The notes beneath the pieces are model-generated. The model searched no databases and had not been told where the DNA came from. It saw only the letters and a program-made list of their open reading frames with translations. Positions 51,436-54,606 of a stretch of 54,606 bases of DNA are shown piece by piece (position 1 is the first letter of the stretch; each line of letters begins with the position of its first letter). Source of the DNA: an uncultured Armatimonadia bacterium (GTDB lineage: Bacteria > Armatimonadota > Zipacnadia > Zipacnadales > UBA11051); NCBI GenBank assembly GCA_964498775.1, contig CAZCJS010000002.1, positions 6,142 to 60,747 of the forward strand. Direction: 5' to 3'. Made by a program: the position numbers and the translations under genes.

Positions 51436-52704
51436 ATGGTAGGAAGCAGAGTTGCGGTTTTCTCAGTGCTGGTACTGCTATTGTGCCTGAGCACTGCGAT
51501 TGCTCATGCTCAAGGCGCAGAGGCCGGGGCCCTGAAGGTCGGGATCGCAGCGGTGGACATCACGCCCACAGAATCGGTATATATGCAGGGCTTCTCCGGA
51601 CGTGACAAAAACCCTTCCACAGGCGTGTACAAGGAGATCGAGGCATCCTGCGTTGTGTTTGATAATGGCGTCACGCGTGTCGGCCTGATGGCGATAGATG
51701 TCTGCAAGACCGACGTCTCCCAGGTGGCAAAGGTGCGGGAGGTGGCGGAAAAGCTCAGTATCCCGCCCCAGCACATGATGATAAACAGCTCCCACAGCCA
51801 CTGCGGGCCGAAGGTGATGGGCAACCAGAATCCCGACTATGTACCGATATTCGAGGAGCGTATCTGCGGGCTCCTACAGACAGCGGTTGACGATCTGCAG
51901 GAGGCGACGCTCGACTATACGGTCGGATTATCTACGATGGCCGTCAACCGTCGGCAACTCAACGAAGAAGGCAAATACATAGGCATGAGGCCGGAGCCGC
52001 GTAAGCCGATTGATCCGGAGGTGCCCGTGCTGCGAGTCCTGTCACCGGATGGGCAGGTGCGCGCAGTAATTTTCGGCTATGCGTGTCATCCTACGACGAT
52101 GGGTGGGTATGAGATTGGTCCGGATTTCGTAGGCTATGCGCGTGACTGGGTCGAGGCGGCCTATCCGGGCGCGATGGCGATGTTCATACAGGGATGCGGC
52201 GGGGACATCAAGCCCCGCTACTCTCTACCCAGTGGACGCTTTGGTTACGTCTTACTGGAGGCGAAGGAGACGGTCGCGGAGGTGGGACATGAGTTGGGGC
52301 GAGCAGTGATCGCCGCCACCGCGGTTCCGCCGTCGCCCCTAGGCACCTACCTCGGCGGTCGCAGCGGGATGGCCGGAATACCGACGGTGAAACAAGTTGA
52401 GGATACGCCGCAGGGTGGCCTCTTCCCCATCGAGGTCCAGGTCCTGCGCATCGGTGACGTCTATATCGTCGGTCTCAACGGCGAGATTCTCGTCGAGATC
52501 GGCCTGCACATCAAGCGGGAACTGGCGGACCTGAAGATGTGGGTCAACGGGTACTGCAACCGCGACCTGAGCTATATCGCTAACGCCGCCGCCTGGGACG
52601 AGGGCGGGTATGAGATCACGGCAGGCTGGACGACGGCAGACGCAGAGGGCATCCTGGTCGCCAAGGCCGTTGAACTAACGAGGGAACTGGCATCTGCACA
52701 CTAA
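51436..52704 (+). CDS. ceramidase-like metallohydrolase, paralog 5
   Basis: 422 aa with AAGGAG upstream. Signal peptide ending AIAHAQG. VGIAAVDITPTE, NSSHSHCGP, VNRRQ, IDPEVPVLRVLSPDGQVRAVIFGYACHPTTMGG, IQGCGGDIKPRY, NGYCNRDLSYIA..WDEGGYEI. Confidence 0.85.
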   Translation: MVGSRVAVFSVLVLLLCLSTAIAHAQGAEAGALKVGIAAVDITPTESVYMQGFSGRDKNPSTGVYKEIEASCVVFDNGVTRVGLMAIDVCKTDVSQVAKVREVAEKLSIPPQHMMINSSHSHCGPKVMGNQNPDYVPIFEERICGLLQTAVDDLQEATLDYTVGLSTMAVNRRQLNEEGKYIGMRPEPRKPIDPEVPVLRVLSPDGQVRAVIFGYACHPTTMGGYEIGPDFVGYARDWVEAAYPGAMAMFIQGCGGDIKPRYSLPSGRFGYVLLEAKETVAEVGHELGRAVIAATAVPPSPLGTYLGGRSGMAGIPTVKQVEDTPQGGLFPIEVQVLRIGDVYIVGLNGEILVEIGLHIKRELADLKMWVNGYCNRDLSYIANAAAWDEGGYEITAGWTTADAEGILVAKAVELTRELASAH

Positions 52705-52731
52705 GTTAGCATCAGAGAGGACTTGTTTGAG

Positions 52732-54054
52732 ATGCGAAGTAGATTTGGAGGCATTGTAGTATTAGCGCTGATGTTGTGGCTGGGCGCGGGCATCTGCCAT
52801 GCGCAGGCTGCCGAGGCAGGGCCGCTACAGGTCGGCATTGCGGTGGCGGACATTACTCCCGAAGGGCCGGTATGGATGGGCGGCTATGCCGCCCGCAATA
52901 AGCCGTCGGAGGGGACATACAAGGAGCTTACCGCCACGTGCGTAGTGTTTGACAATGGGCAGACCCGCGTGGCGTTCGTAGCCATTGATCTGGTCGCGAT
53001 ATACGAGAAGCAACTCGCCGACTTGCGGGCGACGGCGGCAAAGGCCGGCATCCCGCCACAGCATTTGATGACGAATGCGTCGCATACACACTGCGGACCC
53101 AGAGTGAGTCATAAAGACAACACCGAGTACACGGCATTGTTCCAGGAGCGGACGGACCCGCTCTTTGAGGCCGCAGTGGCGGATCTGCAACCGGCGGTGC
53201 TCGACTATACGGTTGGCTACTCCACGATGGCCGTGAACCGACGGCAACTCAATGACGAAGGCAAGTGCATCGGCATGAGGCCGGAGCCGCGCAAGCAGAT
53301 AGACCCGGATGTGCCGATTCTGCGCGTCCTGTCGCCGGAGGGCAACATTCGCGCCGTCATCTTCGGCTACGCCTGTCACCCGACGACGATGGGCGGGTAT
53401 CTGAATGGGCCGGACTACCCCGGCTTCGCCAGGGACTGGATCGCGGCGGCAATTCCCGACTGCACACCGGTGTTTCTGCAGGGCTGCGGTGGGGATATCA
53501 AACCCCGCTACTCAAAGACCAATGGCCGGTTCGGCTATGTAATGCTCGAGGCGATACCGACGACGGCCGAGATGGGCCACGAGTTGGGCCGGGCGGTAAT
53601 CGCCGCGTTGTGCGCACCCCCACCAGTCGTGCCGGCCGACCGCCCCACCGATCTGCAGGAAGCCGTGAAGATGCCGGTCACAATCGGGGGCATCGTCGAG
53701 CATATCCGCGTCCCCGACAAGGAGACGGAGGGCAAGACGCACCAGATCTACAATGGGGCCTGGCGGATCGGGGATGTCTATATCTTCGGAAGTCAGTGCG
53801 AGGTATGCTCCAATATCGGCCTGCGGATCAAGCGGGAACTTTCCGACCTTCGGGTCTGGACGAACGGCTATACGCACTGGGGTGGGGGCTACATACCCGA
53901 CGCCGCCTCGTATCCTGAGGAGGGCTACGAGATCAGGGTCAGCCGCGTGAGTCCCGCGACTGAGGACATCCTCGTCGGTAACGCCAAGCGGTACATCGCT
54001 GAGCTGCAGAAGACTCCGGTCCACAGCGAACCGATACCGGAGACGGGCGAATAA
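52732..54054 (+). CDS. ceramidase-like metallohydrolase, paralog 6
   Basis: 440 aa from ATG 52732 (the track ORF starts at TTG 52723). Signal peptide ending GICHAQA. VGIAVADITPEG, NASHTHCGP, VNRRQ, IDPDVPILRVLSPEGNIRAVIFGYACHPTTMGG, LQGCGGDIKPRY, NGYTHWGGGYIP..YPEEGYEI. Confidence 0.85.
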   Translation: MRSRFGGIVVLALMLWLGAGICHAQAAEAGPLQVGIAVADITPEGPVWMGGYAARNKPSEGTYKELTATCVVFDNGQTRVAFVAIDLVAIYEKQLADLRATAAKAGIPPQHLMTNASHTHCGPRVSHKDNTEYTALFQERTDPLFEAAVADLQPAVLDYTVGYSTMAVNRRQLNDEGKCIGMRPEPRKQIDPDVPILRVLSPEGNIRAVIFGYACHPTTMGGYLNGPDYPGFARDWIAAAIPDCTPVFLQGCGGDIKPRYSKTNGRFGYVMLEAIPTTAEMGHELGRAVIAALCAPPPVVPADRPTDLQEAVKMPVTIGGIVEHIRVPDKETEGKTHQIYNGAWRIGDVYIFGSQCEVCSNIGLRIKRELSDLRVWTNGYTHWGGGYIPDAASYPEEGYEIRVSRVSPATEDILVGNAKRYIAELQKTPVHSEPIPETGE

Positions 54055-54172
54055 GGCAACGTCAAGAGACAACACCGTGGGGCTCTGCCCTATCCGCTCC
54101 GCTACCATTTAGCTGCGCGGGGCAGGCGCGGGGCGGAAAGGCCAATGGGGAAGCTGAGTAGAGGTGGCTAAC

Positions 54173-54606
54173 ATGCAAAAGGTGTGTCTGGTGGTGGCTC
54201 TGCTGATGATTGGGACAATTGGCGCCGGCGCTAACTATGACAAGGAGCCCGATACCTTCTATCCGCCGGATGAAGATGTACAAGCTTCACTGGACGTGCT
54301 GCTGAGCATGAGGAAGCAGGCCGCCTTCGAAGGCCTGCTCAAGCCGCCGGACATCGAGCTCAAGCGTCAAGGCTTCGCGGCTGACCCGCAAAACTACGAG
54401 AAGAAATTCCGCGAAACCGCCGACTACTGGGCCAGCAAGAGCGACGAGTTCCTCCGCGACATGCTGCCTGCCGAGAACCCGCACATGCTGGTGCCCAGTT
54501 ATGCCAAGGGCTGCCCGCTGCATCTGGGCGGCGTACACACGATGGCCCCGATATGGGGGAAGCCAAATCACTTCCGCTGCCTCGTTGGGGGCGAGGAATG
54601 GGGTCC
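54173..54606 (+). CDS. secreted hypothetical protein (3' end lies outside the window)
   Basis: Not in the ORF track because no stop is reached. ATG 54173 follows GAGGTGG. My translation: MQKVCLVVALLMIGTIGAGANYDKEPDTFYPPDEDV...DMLPAENPHMLVPSYAKGCPLHLGGVHTMAPIWGKPNHFRCLVGGEEWG. Signal-peptide-like N-terminus, and the frame is open to the window edge. Confidence 0.55.
   Translation, partial: MQKVCLVVALLMIGTIGAGANYDKEPDTFYPPDEDVQASLDVLLSMRKQAAFEGLLKPPDIELKRQGFAADPQNYEKKFRETADYWASKSDEFLRDMLPAENPHMLVPSYAKGCPLHLGGVHTMAPIWGKPNHFRCLVGGEEWG

Noticed and set aside
46169-54054. Possibility that the ~1.3 kb periodic repeats, or the 1945-bp flagellin repeat, represent a CRISPR-like or mobile repeat array
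   Set aside because: The units are full-length diverged protein-coding paralogs, not short direct repeats with spacers. No cas, transposase or integrase genes are present in the window.

Overview
High-GC bacterial chromosome segment, about 90% coding, dominated by a large flagellar regulon from a diderm organism (L-ring FlgH and P-ring FlgI are both present). Plus strand: fliK(partial)-flgD-[GAF histidine kinase]-flgE-flbD-motA-motB-fliL-fliN, then flhB-flhA-fliA-like sigma factor, then flgF-flgG-flgA-flgH-flgI-flgJ(rod-binding only)-flgN-like-flgK-flgL-fliW-csrA-fliC-fliC-fliD-fliS-(fliT-like). Minus strand: fliO-fliP-fliQ-fliR. The locus is interrupted by non-flagellar genes. There are five prepilin-type H-X9-DG (DUF1559-like) pseudopilin genes, four of which have near-consensus sigma-70 type promoters. 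A roughly 7.3 kb minus-strand block carries a URO-D family gene, a Zn alcohol dehydrogenase, phosphonatase PhnX and an AbrB/RelE-type toxin-antitoxin pair. Downstream of the filament genes lie a CapA-family protein, an MBL hydrolase, a large secreted protein with a possible Cys-His-Asp peptidase core, and an orphan CheY-like receiver. Then comes the most unusual element: an operon-like array of six diverged tandem paralogs of a secreted neutral/alkaline-ceramidase-like metallohydrolase. A further secreted ORF runs off the 3' edge. By eye I also find sigma-54 type (-24/-12) motifs ahead of fliOPQR, the sigma-factor gene, flhBA and flbD. Sigma-28 type motifs lie ahead of the second flagellin and fliD, and paired CsrA-type GGA sites sit in both flagellin leaders. 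The two flagellin genes are 100% identical over their central 1127 bp but diverged at both ends. I saw no rRNA, tRNA, CRISPR array, transposase or integrase. The pseudopilin N-termini suggest a PVC/Armatimonadota-like lineage, but that is only an impression. All family assignments rest on motif recognition by eye, not on searches.
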